In this document: one piece after another, positions 49,543-59,639 of the stretch
Numbering within the stretch: position 1 is the stretch's first letter
How the letters are laid out: each line of letters opens with the position of its first letter
DNA from: Truepera sp.
Lineage (GTDB): Bacteria > Deinococcota > Deinococci > Deinococcales > Trueperaceae
Assembly (NCBI GenBank): GCA_965218435.1
Contig: CBDCKW010000009.1
Coordinates: forward strand, 3,840,001 to 3,904,000
DNA: 64,000 nt
Reading direction: 5' to 3'
Notes under the pieces: model-generated
The model's database searches: none
What the model was told of the DNA's origin: nothing
The model's input: only the letters and a program-made list of their open reading frames with translations
Program-made: the position numbers and the translations under genes

Positions 49543-50718
49543 ATGACCGTAAACCGTGTTTTAGCCCTTGGTACGCTGACGCTTCTGAGCTTCGGCGCTC
49601 CGGCTGCCGCGCAAGACAATGCGCCCGCGCCGCCCTCTATCGGCGCGGATATTCCCACAACTTACTTCGGCCCGATGCCTTCAGGCGCGGCGCTCGACCC
49701 ACGCGACAAGGCGCTCGTCGGCCCGGTACCGCTACTCCGGGCGGCTACCCTCGACCTCGAAGCGGGTACCATGACGTTGCCTCTATACCGTGGTCAGATG
49801 AAAGACGGCACGCCGGTATGGTATATCCTAACCGATACCACCGACAAAGCCAACGCTGACGCGCTGGGTCTCAACCACTCGGGCAAGTTGACCTACGCGG
49901 ACGTCCCCGGCGCGACCCGCGTCGCAACCCTGGGCAACGACCTCAGCTTGACCTTTGAAGCAGGTACCGTCGACTTTGCGCCCGAACGGGTCCTCTTGCC
50001 CGGTCCGGTAGAAGCGCCGTTTCCACCTTCGGTAGCCGAACCCGGGTCGGTCGGGGACGAGGCGTACAGCCCCCTCGTCCGTATTCAAAATGCAGGCAAC
50101 CACATCTATAACGCGCCCGTCCTCGCGTACGGGGTCGAGGCCAACGCGATCAACTTTTGCGACGGCAACCCAGACTACAGCTTGGTTCACGACAAGGTTC
50201 TAAAAATCTGCCCTGCCGACATGACCGTTACGTTGCAACTGGTTCCCGGCTTTTCGTTCGCGCGTCCCATTATGTACGTCAGCTTCGACGCTTCGGACCC
50301 TATGGCAGCGGTGCTTGAAAAGGCGACCTACGCGCCTGCATTAGCTAACATCAAAGTCGGTTTCGACGATGGGGCCTTTAGTGCCGTCGAACGTCTGTTC
50401 GCCACCATCAACGGTCCGACCGGCGCGGACAACCCGCAACGCCAAGGACTTAACAGTTTGCTGTTGGGGGAGGGTAACGGCCCGCTTAACCTATTCGGCG
50501 GCGTACCGACCATCGCGCTCGACTACAGCCCGCTGTGGGACATGAACCTGGGTGAGTGGACCCAAGAGGCCATTGACAACGGCTACCGCTCGCGGATGAT
50601 TGACGAGTTTCAGTATCTGGGTATGGCCGAGCAGGGCTGGATCACCGGGCCGGAGGGTAAACCGTTCGGCTCGAGCGGGATCATCATCAACTGTCCGGTT
50701 GTCTTTAGATTTCTCTAG
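49543..50718 (+). CDS. Exported protein of unknown function
   Basis: AAGGAG RBS, signal peptide ending in AAA-Q; repeated YSPL motifs; three Cys. Confidence 0.75.
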   Translation: MTVNRVLALGTLTLLSFGAPAAAQDNAPAPPSIGADIPTTYFGPMPSGAALDPRDKALVGPVPLLRAATLDLEAGTMTLPLYRGQMKDGTPVWYILTDTTDKANADALGLNHSGKLTYADVPGATRVATLGNDLSLTFEAGTVDFAPERVLLPGPVEAPFPPSVAEPGSVGDEAYSPLVRIQNAGNHIYNAPVLAYGVEANAINFCDGNPDYSLVHDKVLKICPADMTVTLQLVPGFSFARPIMYVSFDASDPMAAVLEKATYAPALANIKVGFDDGAFSAVERLFATINGPTGADNPQRQGLNSLLLGEGNGPLNLFGGVPTIALDYSPLWDMNLGEWTQEAIDNGYRSRMIDEFQYLGMAEQGWITGPEGKPFGSSGIIINCPVVFRFL

Positions 50719-50884
50719 GTTGAAAAGGCGTTGGTAGGTGAGTGCCAGCGCCTTCATTTTTTACCTTGCCGACCCTATAGCAGGCAACACCCCGGTTTGA
50801 GCCAGTTCAAGTAAATAAAGCATAGTTCGGCACGCACATTTTGATGACAGCTGCGAGAACCTAACTCAGTAATTATAAAAACCG

Positions 50885-51976
50885 CTATGGTACGCGCTCT
50901 GCCGTTAGTACAGCTTTCAACGCTCCGCTGACCTCGCCCACCTGCTCGTCGCGTAAGTTCGGGTAGATCGGAAGCGCCAACAGTTCGCTTGCCGCCGCTC
51001 TCGCATTGGCGCAGTCGCCGTGCGCTTTGCCCTTTAAGGGCGGCAGGTCGGGGAGCGCGTAGGGATAGTACGCCCTGGCCTCAACGCCCCGTTCGTTAAG
51101 ACGCGCCATCGCATCGTCACGTTCACGCACGCGTATGACGTAAAGGTGATAGACCCCACCTGGCTGCGGAACCTTGACCGGCAGGTCAGCTAACAGCGTG
51201 TCGTAGCACCGGGCCAGTTCGCGGCGGCGATCGTTCCACGCGTCTAAATAGGGCAGTTTGACGCTTAAGACGGCGGCTTGCAGGGCGTCGAGCCTCGAGG
51301 TGTACCCCACCGCCTCATGGTAGTAAGGGCGCGTCGTCCCGTGAACGCGCAGCAGCCTCACCTGTTCGGCTACGTGAGCGTGCGGCGTCGTGACGAGGCC
51401 GCCGTCACCGGCTGCGCCCAGGTTTTTAGTTGGATAAAACGAGTAACAGCAGGCGTCGCTCCAGCTGCCGACCGGTTTACCGTCCAAGGTTGCGCCGACG
51501 GCTTGCGCCGCGTCTTCGACGACCTTAAGATCATACTTTCGGGCAAGTTCAGCCAGCGCGGGTATATCGGCGGGCAGGCCGTAGAGATGCACCGGCAAGA
51601 GGGCTTTCGTGCGCGGCGTCAGCGCGGCCTCAGCAGCTTCGGCGGACAAGGTGAACGTACCAGGGTCAACGTCTACTAGCACTGGTTCTGCGCCGACCAA
51701 GAGCACCGCTTCGGCCGAGGCGTAAAACGACAACGCCGGGACGATCACCTCGTCACCGGGGCCGATACCCAGCGCACGGAGTGCAAGCACCAGCGCGTCC
51801 GTGCCCGACCCGACGCCGACTGCGTGAGCCGAATTCGTATAGGCGGCAAACTCCGCTTCAAACCGGGCGACCCGCTCGCCCAAGACGAACTGACCGGTGC
51901 GGAGGGTGTCTAAGACAGTGGCCTCGAGCTTTTCCTGGACCTCAACCGGCAGCGCAAGGTCAAACAGCCGAATCAT
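50885..51976 (-). CDS. DegT/DnrJ/EryC1/StrS PLP aminotransferase
   Basis: SGTDAL, PVHLYG, EDAAQA, SFYPTKNLG..GDGG. Confidence 0.93.
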   Translation of the reverse strand: MIRLFDLALPVEVQEKLEATVLDTLRTGQFVLGERVARFEAEFAAYTNSAHAVGVGSGTDALVLALRALGIGPGDEVIVPALSFYASAEAVLLVGAEPVLVDVDPGTFTLSAEAAEAALTPRTKALLPVHLYGLPADIPALAELARKYDLKVVEDAAQAVGATLDGKPVGSWSDACCYSFYPTKNLGAAGDGGLVTTPHAHVAEQVRLLRVHGTTRPYYHEAVGYTSRLDALQAAVLSVKLPYLDAWNDRRRELARCYDTLLADLPVKVPQPGGVYHLYVIRVRERDDAMARLNERGVEARAYYPYALPDLPPLKGKAHGDCANARAAASELLALPIYPNLRDEQVGEVSGALKAVLTAERVP

Positions 51977-52854
51977 GAACCCCGGCCGCCTCGCCGCCGC
52001 GTCGCGGCGATGACCGTATTTTGCATCAGCATCGCCACCGTCATCGGTCCGACGCCGCCCGGAACCGGCGTCAAGTAACCGGCGACCTCGGTCACGTCAG
52101 CTGCAACGTCGCCGCGCAAGGCCCAACCGGATTTTTTACCGGCGTCCTCTACACGAGTGATGCCCACATCGAGCACGACAGCGCCGGGTTTAACCATCTC
52201 CGGCGTAATCAAACCCACTCGCCCGACGGCTGCGACTAAGATGTCGGCTTCGGCGGTTAGCGCAGCGAGATCGCGCGTCTTCGAGTGCGCCACCGTCACC
52301 GTCGCGTCCCGCTGCAAAAAGAGCGCCGCTGCCGGTTTGCCCACCAGCGATGAGCGCCCCACGATCACAACTCGTTTGCCCGCTATCTTCAACTTGTAAA
52401 AGTCCATGATCCGGATGAGCCCTGCCGGAGTACACGGCACGAGGGCGCGGCCCCCGTTCCAGAGCCGCCCGACGTTGACCGGATGAAAGCCGTCTACGTC
52501 TTTGGCCGGGTTGATCGCCTCTTGCACCACGCGAATATCGAGGTGCGGCGGCAAGGGGTCTTGCACCAAAATACCGTCAACCTCGGGGTCGTCGTTTAGC
52601 TCCCTCACACGCGCGAGCAGGTCGTTTTGTGCGGTCATCTCGTCTAAGACGACAACTTGTGACCTGAGCCCAAGCTGTGTCGCGGCGCGGTCTTTACCGC
52701 GCACATACGCTACACTCGCCGGGTCTTCACCGACGCGAACTACGACGAGCTGCGGCGCGAAGGGGAGCGTCTGCAGCGTCTCTTTAAGTTCAGCGGTGAC
52801 GCTTGCCGCGACCTCTTTACCGTCTAAACGCTCAGCTATATTCTTTTCAGGCAC
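51973..52854 (-). CDS. folD: Methylene-THF dehydrogenase/cyclohydrolase
   Basis: YVRGK, KDVDGFHP, PCTP, GRS..VGKP, TPVPGGVGPMT. Confidence 0.96.
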   Translation of the reverse strand: MPEKNIAERLDGKEVAASVTAELKETLQTLPFAPQLVVVRVGEDPASVAYVRGKDRAATQLGLRSQVVVLDEMTAQNDLLARVRELNDDPEVDGILVQDPLPPHLDIRVVQEAINPAKDVDGFHPVNVGRLWNGGRALVPCTPAGLIRIMDFYKLKIAGKRVVIVGRSSLVGKPAAALFLQRDATVTVAHSKTRDLAALTAEADILVAAVGRVGLITPEMVKPGAVVLDVGITRVEDAGKKSGWALRGDVAADVTEVAGYLTPVPGGVGPMTVAMLMQNTVIAATRRRGGRGS

Positions 52855-52855
52855 G

Positions 52856-53326
52856 CTAACCCTCCGTTACCGATTCGGGATTGTAAACACCTTCACGGTG
52901 CAGCTTCGCCAACACGCCGTTGACAAAACGCCCCGATTCTTCGCCGCCGTAGCGTTTGGCAATCCGCACGGCAACTTCGAACGTGACTTCGGGCGGCAGG
53001 TCTTCATAGGTCATTTCAGTGAGGGCCAGCCGCAGCACGGCGAGGTCGGTTTGCGACATCTGCGAGAAGGTCCACCCCTCGAGCCCCCGCGCCAACCTTC
53101 CGTCAAGCTCGGCTTGGTGTTCGGCGAACGTCCGCACCAGCCGGTCGGCAAAGGCTGCGCCGTCGGCGTCCAAGCCTTCACCGTAAACTTCGGCAGCTTC
53201 GCCGGGGGTCTGTTCGGTCAGGTCGTCGCGGATACTCTGCCACACGTCTAACAGTGGTTCGTCGCCCCGTTCAGCTTGAAACAGGGCGCGAAACGCCAGC
53301 TCTCTGGCTCGCCGTCTAGAGGCCAT
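52856..53326 (-). CDS. nusB: Transcription antitermination factor
   Basis: RRRARELA..ALF, D.AVLR, FVNGVL. Confidence 0.93.
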   Translation of the reverse strand: MASRRRARELAFRALFQAERGDEPLLDVWQSIRDDLTEQTPGEAAEVYGEGLDADGAAFADRLVRTFAEHQAELDGRLARGLEGWTFSQMSQTDLAVLRLALTEMTYEDLPPEVTFEVAVRIAKRYGGEESGRFVNGVLAKLHREGVYNPESVTEG

Positions 53327-53478
53327 AATTAGCAGGTATACCCTGGGGGCATACCCTTAGGGGGCACAGGCATGTCATCTGGTCGGTAAGGCCCTCCGTC
53401 ATTATTCTGCTGACCCACATACACGTTCTAGAATATTGCCTGTATTGGTCTGAAAAAATGCTACTACATTCACTTGGT

Positions 53479-54816
53479 TTATCCCTGCATTCGTTTGGCG
53501 ATAAAGGTGGTGTACACGGCCCCGCGCTGATAAAAGGCGTTGTCGAGGACGCGCAGGTGAAAGGGAATGGTGGTTTTGATACCTTCCAATACAGTTTCAG
53601 TCAAGGCGCGTTTCATCCGGGCAATGGCCTCTTCACGGGTCGGAGCCCAGGCGATGATCTTGGCCACCAGCGAGTCATAGTTGGGCGGAATCCGGTAACC
53701 TGAATAGACGTGCGAATCTACCCGGATGCCGGGGCCACCAGGCCAGTGTACGTCGGTTACGGTACCCGCTGAAGGCCGAAAATCGTGGTCGGGGTCTTCG
53801 GCATTGACGCGCACTTCGATGGCGTGACCGGAAACCTGCACCTCATCTTGAGCGAGCGACAACCCCTGCCCCGCCGCCACGCGAAACTGTTCGTGAACCA
53901 AGTCAAAACGCGTGACCATCTCGGTGACAGGATGCTCGACCTGAATCCGGGTATTCATCTCGGAAAAATAAAATGAGCCGTCCCGGTCAACCAAAAACTC
54001 GCAGGTGCCGGCACCCCGGTAGTTGATGTGTTTGGCTAGGCGGACGGCGGCGTCGGCAATCTCGAGCCTTAACCCTTCATCCAAGGTGCTGGGGGCTTCT
54101 TCTAAAAGTTTCTGGTACCGCCTTTGAATCGAACAGTCGCGGTCGAAAAAATGAATGGCGTTGCCCTCACCGTCGCCAAAGACCTGAATCTCGACGTGGC
54201 GCGGCTCTTCTAAAAATTTCTCCATATACATCTCGCCGTTGCCGAAGGCTGCTTTTGCCTCTTCTTGCGCGTTGGTCAGGTTGCGCTGCAACTCGTCTTC
54301 AGCGCGGACGATCCGCATCCCGCGCCCGCCACCCCCGGCAGACGCTTTTAAGATCATCGGGTAGCCAATCTGTAAGGCAAAGTCCCTGGCTTCCTCAAAC
54401 GATGCCAATGCGCCCGACCCCGGTACGACCGGGACGCTGCTCTCTTGCGCCACCCGGCGGGCGCTCGCCTTATCACCGATCGCGCGGATATTCCCCGGAC
54501 GGGGGCCGATAAAGGTAATGCCGTGCTCTTCGCACTTTTGGGCAAATTCAGCGTTTTCGCTCAGGAAGCCGTAGCCGGGATGAATCGCCTCTGCGCCGGT
54601 GACGAGCGCCGCTGAGAGCAGGTTGCGTACATTCAAATACGACCCTGAAGACGCCGCCGGACCGACACAGATAGACTCATCGGCTAACAAGACCGGCAGC
54701 GAATTCTCATCGGCTTCCGAATACGCTTGCACCGCCGTCACACCGAGTTCGCGGGCCGCGCGGAGGACACGCAGGGCGATCTCGCCACGGTTGGCGATCA
54801 GAATTTTCTTAAACAT
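53479..54816 (-). CDS. accC: Biotin carboxylase
   Basis: ILIANRGEIA, HPGYGFLSEN, GGGGRGM, EMNTRIQVEH. Confidence 0.97.
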   Translation of the reverse strand: MFKKILIANRGEIALRVLRAARELGVTAVQAYSEADENSLPVLLADESICVGPAASSGSYLNVRNLLSAALVTGAEAIHPGYGFLSENAEFAQKCEEHGITFIGPRPGNIRAIGDKASARRVAQESSVPVVPGSGALASFEEARDFALQIGYPMILKASAGGGGRGMRIVRAEDELQRNLTNAQEEAKAAFGNGEMYMEKFLEEPRHVEIQVFGDGEGNAIHFFDRDCSIQRRYQKLLEEAPSTLDEGLRLEIADAAVRLAKHINYRGAGTCEFLVDRDGSFYFSEMNTRIQVEHPVTEMVTRFDLVHEQFRVAAGQGLSLAQDEVQVSGHAIEVRVNAEDPDHDFRPSAGTVTDVHWPGGPGIRVDSHVYSGYRIPPNYDSLVAKIIAWAPTREEAIARMKRALTETVLEGIKTTIPFHLRVLDNAFYQRGAVYTTFIAKRMQG

Positions 54817-54819
54817 GTG

Positions 54820-54888
54820 AGACAGTCAGAATCCAGTAGTCAGCATTCAGTTGGGCTTGTACTGAACACTGACTACCGACTACTGACG
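54820..54888. repeat. Degenerate heptamer tandem repeat hairpin
   Basis: CAGAATC CAGTAGT CAGCATT CAGT ... ACTGAAC ACTGACT ACCGACT ACTGACG. Confidence 0.65.
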
Positions 54889-54911
54889 CCTTTGTTAGTC
54901 GTTTCATCACT

Positions 54912-55403
54912 TCAACCCGGCTCAATCCGAAACAAAGTCTGCCCGTACTCGACCGGCTCTTCGTTTTCGACCAAAATCTCGCGTACAGTGCCCGAAACCT
55001 CGGCTTCAATCTCGTTCATTAGCTTCATCGCCTCGATAATGCACAAGACCGTTCCGGCCTGCACCTTATCGCCAACCTTGACAAAATTGGGCACGTCGGG
55101 GCTCGGCGCAGCGTAGAGCGTGCCGACAATCGGGGCGGTGATCTCGAGCAAATTGCTCTTGTCCTCTTTGGGAGCTTCAGCGGTAGGCGCAGTGGGTGAC
55201 GCAGCTTGTGCGGCTCCCGGTTGAGGGATCGGCGTCGGTGTAGGGTCGGGCGCGGCAGCTTGAGTTTGCGGCGCTGGGGCGGGCGCACTAGGCTCACCAC
55301 CCCGTCGCACGCTCAGCTTGTAGTCGCTGGTCTCAAGCACGAGTTCAGTAATCCCCGACTCTTTGACGGACTCGAGCACCCGTTTTAACTCTTTGGCGTC
55401 CAT
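54912..55403 (-). CDS. accB: Biotin carboxyl carrier protein
   Basis: EAMKLMNEI biotinylation motif; Pro/Ala linker. Confidence 0.97.
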   Translation of the reverse strand: MDAKELKRVLESVKESGITELVLETSDYKLSVRRGGEPSAPAPAPQTQAAAPDPTPTPIPQPGAAQAASPTAPTAEAPKEDKSNLLEITAPIVGTLYAAPSPDVPNFVKVGDKVQAGTVLCIIEAMKLMNEIEAEVSGTVREILVENEEPVEYGQTLFRIEPG

Positions 55404-55407
55404 GCGT

Positions 55408-55965
55408 TTAGGCGCGGCCTAGATAGTCACCGGTCCGCGTGTCCACCCGGATGGTTTCGCCCTGGTCGATAAAGAGCGGCACGGCGACGGTCGCGCCGGT
55501 CTCCAACACAGCTGGTTTTGAGCCGCCCGACACCGTGTCGCCTTTGACGCCGGGGTCGGTCCGGGTGATGGTCAGCGCCACGACGTTGGGCAAGGTGACC
55601 TTGAGCGCCTTGTCCTGAAAATAATCTACGGTCACCTCCATCGACTCTTTTAAGAACTTGACCGGCGTGCCGATCTGCTGGGCCGTCAGGGTCGGCTGGT
55701 CGAAGGTTTCGGTATCCATAAAGGTGTACACGTCGCCGTCGGTATAGAGGTACTGCATCGTGCGGTAGTCGATAAAGATGTCTTGCAGTTTTTCACCCGA
55801 GTTAAAGGTGCGCTCGACGATCGAGCCGGTTTCCATATTGCGAAACTTGGTCACGACTTTCGCCCCGCCGCGTCCCATTTTCAGGTGCGAATACTCTAAG
55901 CACTCCCAGAGCCCGCCGTCCATCTCAACTTTGGTGCCGTTACGCAGTTCGGTTACACTAATCAT
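55408..55965 (-). CDS. efp: Elongation factor P
   Basis: KMGRGGA loop (Arg at the modified position), PGVKGDT, LETG, VDTRTG. Confidence 0.97.
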   Translation of the reverse strand: MISVTELRNGTKVEMDGGLWECLEYSHLKMGRGGAKVVTKFRNMETGSIVERTFNSGEKLQDIFIDYRTMQYLYTDGDVYTFMDTETFDQPTLTAQQIGTPVKFLKESMEVTVDYFQDKALKVTLPNVVALTITRTDPGVKGDTVSGGSKPAVLETGATVAVPLFIDQGETIRVDTRTGDYLGRA

Positions 55966-56121
55966 GATTCCTCCGTTGCTTTACAGATCATTTTTACCTT
56001 TGGTCGCTACCTGGTCCGGGTGAGGGGCGTACACCCCGCTGCAGGGTGACTGCGCCGCCAAACGCTATCAAATTAGTTTAACACCCGCGTCAATTACGCT
56101 GCTCTAAGGCTGCGCTACAGC

Positions 56122-57030
56122 CTAAAGGTCTAAAAACGTACCGTTTAAGCCGGATTCGGCGACGTAACCGGCGAGTTCAGCGGGGCTTAAAAGTTTCCCC
56201 CCGGTGACGGCGATAAAGGCGGCCTCGAGCACATTTGTTGCCACGCTGCGGCCACTCAACCGGGGCGTTGTCGTCGCTAAGAGTGCTGCCCCACGCTGCT
56301 GTAGAAGTTGGGTGTCGTCTTGCGTCGTTGTGTTCGTTAAGATAATTTTACCGTCCAAACGCTCCGGCAAATAGCGGCGGATAAAATGCCAATCCCCGGC
56401 AATCACGTCAGCCTCGCCGTAAACCTTTTTGTAAAAAGGGCTTAGCGTTTTGCCCTGGTTTTGTGCGTCTCCGGTGGGGTAGAGCAGGCTGATAGGCAGT
56501 TTTGTAATCACCGGCAAAAGTGCTGCTGCCAGCACCCGCAACTGACGCACGCCGTAGATGAGTTTAGGAATACCGAGCGCAAACGCCAAATCACCAAAAC
56601 TTACGTTTGCGCCGGTTTGAGTCAAAGCCTCCGCCATCCCGAAACGGTCTACGGCTGAAACCATCAGTACCCTTTTTCCCGAAAGCGGTACCCGGCAGTT
56701 CAGTTCTTGCACCACGCGGCGCTCGAGGCTCCCCTTAAGCCCTGCCCCACAGACAACCGGTGTCGTCTTCGCCTGCGCCGCGAGCCGCGCCGCCTGCCGG
56801 AGCGTATAGCGCCTCTCACCCACGTAAAAATAAAGGTCTAACCCGCCCAGCCCGATGGCGTCTATCAGCCCGTGAACGCCCGCGTCAAGCTCATGAATGA
56901 GCGCCGCCGCCCGCTTGACGTTACCGTCTGTCCCGAGCCGCCGCACCGAGACTTCTTGACCTAAAAGGATGAGCGTTTCTGCAAAGTCACGTTTGGAAGA
57001 GCCTAGCGAGACGCTGACAACGTGTTTCAC
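56122..57030 (-). CDS. Conserved protein (family often labelled quinate 5-dehydrogenase; function unverified)
   Basis: VVSVSLGSSKRD, GTDG, SAVDRFGMA, TNTTT, TTPRLSGRS..TNVLEA. Confidence 0.65.
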   Translation of the reverse strand: MKHVVSVSLGSSKRDFAETLILLGQEVSVRRLGTDGNVKRAAALIHELDAGVHGLIDAIGLGGLDLYFYVGERRYTLRQAARLAAQAKTTPVVCGAGLKGSLERRVVQELNCRVPLSGKRVLMVSAVDRFGMAEALTQTGANVSFGDLAFALGIPKLIYGVRQLRVLAAALLPVITKLPISLLYPTGDAQNQGKTLSPFYKKVYGEADVIAGDWHFIRRYLPERLDGKIILTNTTTQDDTQLLQQRGAALLATTTPRLSGRSVATNVLEAAFIAVTGGKLLSPAELAGYVAESGLNGTFLDL

Positions 57031-57190
57031 GGCCCTGAGTCTACCCTAATGTCCGAACAAGCGATAGTTTTGAGGTTGGCCTAAAGCTTAAGTAAGAGCG
57101 TGTAGCAACCAAAGGTTTTTAAGCGGTGTTATTCGGAGCTCGAGTCACGCAGTCGCATCTTTATCGTGAAGCATTCTGGGAAGGAGTGTC

Positions 57191-58186
57191 TCATAATTGA
57201 AACAACACCTCTGATGGCCGCCATCCCACAGCGTACTCGTCAGCTCTTCGCAACCACTCAGCTATTCGGTACTCCGGGGGCACAGACTTTTCCCAGTATT
57301 CCACAAACAGCTCATCGTCCATGCGCTGCGCCGCGTCTAGCATTTCTTGTTCGATGTCCATAACCGAGCGCATGATGTAGATTCCGCCGCGCGTCTGGTC
57401 AGAACGCATAGCTACACTTCCCGCAGAGAACAAATCACGCGCCTGATGGCACAGTACCCCGTGATAGGTGAGCATAAAAAGTACCACGTCATCGTACTTA
57501 TCCCGTTGCCTACTACCTTTAAGAATCTCAGGACATAACAAGACGCCCTCAGCCCTCAGCTTTCTTTTTTCTCCGATTGGCAGCTTGGTATAGAGGCGTG
57601 CTTGAATGGGCAGCGTGTGTTCTTGTTCCTCACTATCCTCTAGCCACCAAAGACGTTCACCGGGTTTGAGACGGCCCCGTGCGTAATTCCGGATATGACC
57701 CATCTTTTCGTGGATAGAGAGTTTACGGAACTCGTTGTAATCAATCCCGAATTTTGCGAAGAGCGGCTCTTTTGCGCCTATCTCCAACTCAAAACGCGGC
57801 ACATGGCTCGTTCTGACATGCATAACGCTATTTTCGTATTCATCCCAGCGTACTTCTGGGGTTCCTCCCATCTTGCCAAAAACCACATATACATACTTAA
57901 CGTTGTCATCACGGCGAGATTCCAAAACGCTGTTTGCAACAGAGCGCCAAGCGTCCTTCGTCGTATGTTTGACCTCAACGCCGTACTCGCCCATCGAAAT
58001 ATCAGGGAAAGCGTGTGGGTGAGGGTCGTAATCAACCTCTATACCGTGAGGCTTGACGTAGATTTCTAAAAAATGCCTAACCCGGTTTTCAAATCCTTTT
58101 GAGTCCTCATAGGGTGATACAAGAGCCTCGTTTGTCAGATCACTACAAACTTGCGTCAGAATTGCTTCGAATTTCGTTTTCTCCAT
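57191..58186 (-). CDS. Type II restriction endonuclease, PD-(D/E)xK
   Basis: FPDI-x6-VEVK motif; overlaps the end of a C5 MTase; AT-richer DNA. Confidence 0.75.
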   Translation of the reverse strand: MEKTKFEAILTQVCSDLTNEALVSPYEDSKGFENRVRHFLEIYVKPHGIEVDYDPHPHAFPDISMGEYGVEVKHTTKDAWRSVANSVLESRRDDNVKYVYVVFGKMGGTPEVRWDEYENSVMHVRTSHVPRFELEIGAKEPLFAKFGIDYNEFRKLSIHEKMGHIRNYARGRLKPGERLWWLEDSEEQEHTLPIQARLYTKLPIGEKRKLRAEGVLLCPEILKGSRQRDKYDDVVLFMLTYHGVLCHQARDLFSAGSVAMRSDQTRGGIYIMRSVMDIEQEMLDAAQRMDDELFVEYWEKSVPPEYRIAEWLRRADEYAVGWRPSEVLFQL

Positions 58187-59273
58187 TAAGGCAGTTTGAC
58201 ACAGCTCGAGCTATATGCCACGCCAAAACCGGAGGGACAGCGTTCCCGATCTGCCTCTCAGATTCTCTTAGAGCAGCCTTAAAGATGAAGTCATCCGGAA
58301 AAGATTGAATTCTTGCGGCTTCTCGCATTGACATCCTCCGCAACAATTTATAGTGAAAATGCGAGTTTCCATGCCACTCAGCGCGCACGGTATAACCGGG
58401 TCGTGAAGCTACAAGCTTTCTGTTGCCCTGATCGGGCGACACGGCGGCCAAACTCCAAACATGGTTGTTCTCGGGATTTCGCTCCCATCCCTCTAGGTCG
58501 CCTATAGCCTCTTCCGCAGTAATCCAAGATTCTTGACCCAGTGCCGGTACTGGTTTTTCAAAAGGTTTGACGCTAGGAAGACGGCCAACAATAAATACGC
58601 GCTCTCTAGTCTGCGGCACCTCGTAATTAGCAGCGTTGTATAGCGAATGGGTAACGTTGTAACCAAGAGCCGCGAAATCCTCGGTTATTTGGTTGAACGA
58701 TTCAGTATGGTTGCCGTGGGTAAGTGCTCTAACGTTCTCGACGACAAAAACGCTGGGACGGACACGCTTAACCGCCTCAACCATCGCTCTATAGAGGCCG
58801 CTACGCAAACCTTGAATACCTGCGCCTTTGCCATTTACAGAAATGTCCTGACAAGGAAACCCGCCGATAACCAAATCTGCGCTTTCAGGTAGGGAATGCA
58901 GATACTCCCACACGTCGCCCTCGTGAATACCTTCGTCAAGATTAGCTCTATAAGTAGCGCACGCCTTTGCGTTCAGTTCGTTTGCCCAGACGATTTTGTA
59001 TGGGTTCTGCTCATAATGTCTTCCGAGAAAGGTAAAATTGCCGCGAAAACCCAAATCCATCCCACCGGCACCAGAAAACATTGACACTACGGTAAATATC
59101 TTCTGCGGCTCATGGGTTTGTGTGGCGTTTAGAGGTGTTTGTTGACTCGAGCTATCGTTTAAGGTTTCGAAAAGTGGCCCACTGTAGGCGCTGTGGGGTC
59201 GCTCCTGCACCTCATCCACTTCCAACAAAGCCGCTTCCGAGCGTCGTTTTGAGTTCGTCATGTCGCTTTGCAT
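58143..59273 (-). CDS. DNA (cytosine-5)-methyltransferase
   Basis: FSGAGG, GFPCQ, ENV, QTRERVF, REAARIQSFPD, QIGNAVPP. Confidence 0.96.
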   Translation of the reverse strand: MQSDMTNSKRRSEAALLEVDEVQERPHSAYSGPLFETLNDSSSQQTPLNATQTHEPQKIFTVVSMFSGAGGMDLGFRGNFTFLGRHYEQNPYKIVWANELNAKACATYRANLDEGIHEGDVWEYLHSLPESADLVIGGFPCQDISVNGKGAGIQGLRSGLYRAMVEAVKRVRPSVFVVENVRALTHGNHTESFNQITEDFAALGYNVTHSLYNAANYEVPQTRERVFIVGRLPSVKPFEKPVPALGQESWITAEEAIGDLEGWERNPENNHVWSLAAVSPDQGNRKLVASRPGYTVRAEWHGNSHFHYKLLRRMSMREAARIQSFPDDFIFKAALRESERQIGNAVPPVLAWHIARAVSNCLNGENEIRSNSDASL

Positions 59274-59324
59274 CCCCTAGTTTGTATCATGACAGCCAGC
59301 TTAACACAATAACTTACGCTAGCG

Positions 59325-59549
59325 TTAGCTTTTACTTGGGGGTCTGCCTGTTTTCTTTCTCGGCTTATCCGCAAAGGCTTCTACGTCTTCACGGACAAAG
59401 AGATGGTCACGTCCGCGCTTGTGCGATTTAAGCCTCTCAGAGTTAGCGAGCTGCCTTACTCGAGCTTCTGAAACTCGCAACAGAGCCGCTACTTCTTTTG
59501 TAGTCAGATACTCATCGCTCACTACATCAATTATAGAGGTTGAGTTCAT
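59325..59549 (-). CDS. Excisionase/MerR-type HTH protein with C-terminal GRP (AT-hook-like) tail
   Basis: YLTTKEVAALLRVSEARVRQL...L...K.GR; KKTGRPPSKS; start uncertain. Confidence 0.78.
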   Translation of the reverse strand: MNSTSIIDVVSDEYLTTKEVAALLRVSEARVRQLANSERLKSHKRGRDHLFVREDVEAFADKPRKKTGRPPSKS

Positions 59550-59639
59550 ACTGACTATGGGTAGGTTCTGGGAGCTGCTCTGCGCCTGAGGATTTTTGTA
59601 TGTGGTCAAGATGGCTGATCGAAACGATAGAATAGAAAA

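Noticed and set aside
53336..53365. CsoR-like TACC...GGG operator
   Set aside because: Imperfect, and lies upstream of nusB with no copper genes nearby
58143..59273. Split or overlapping two-subunit MTase (EcoHK31I style)
   Set aside because: Motifs I through X, including IX and X, are in one polypeptide
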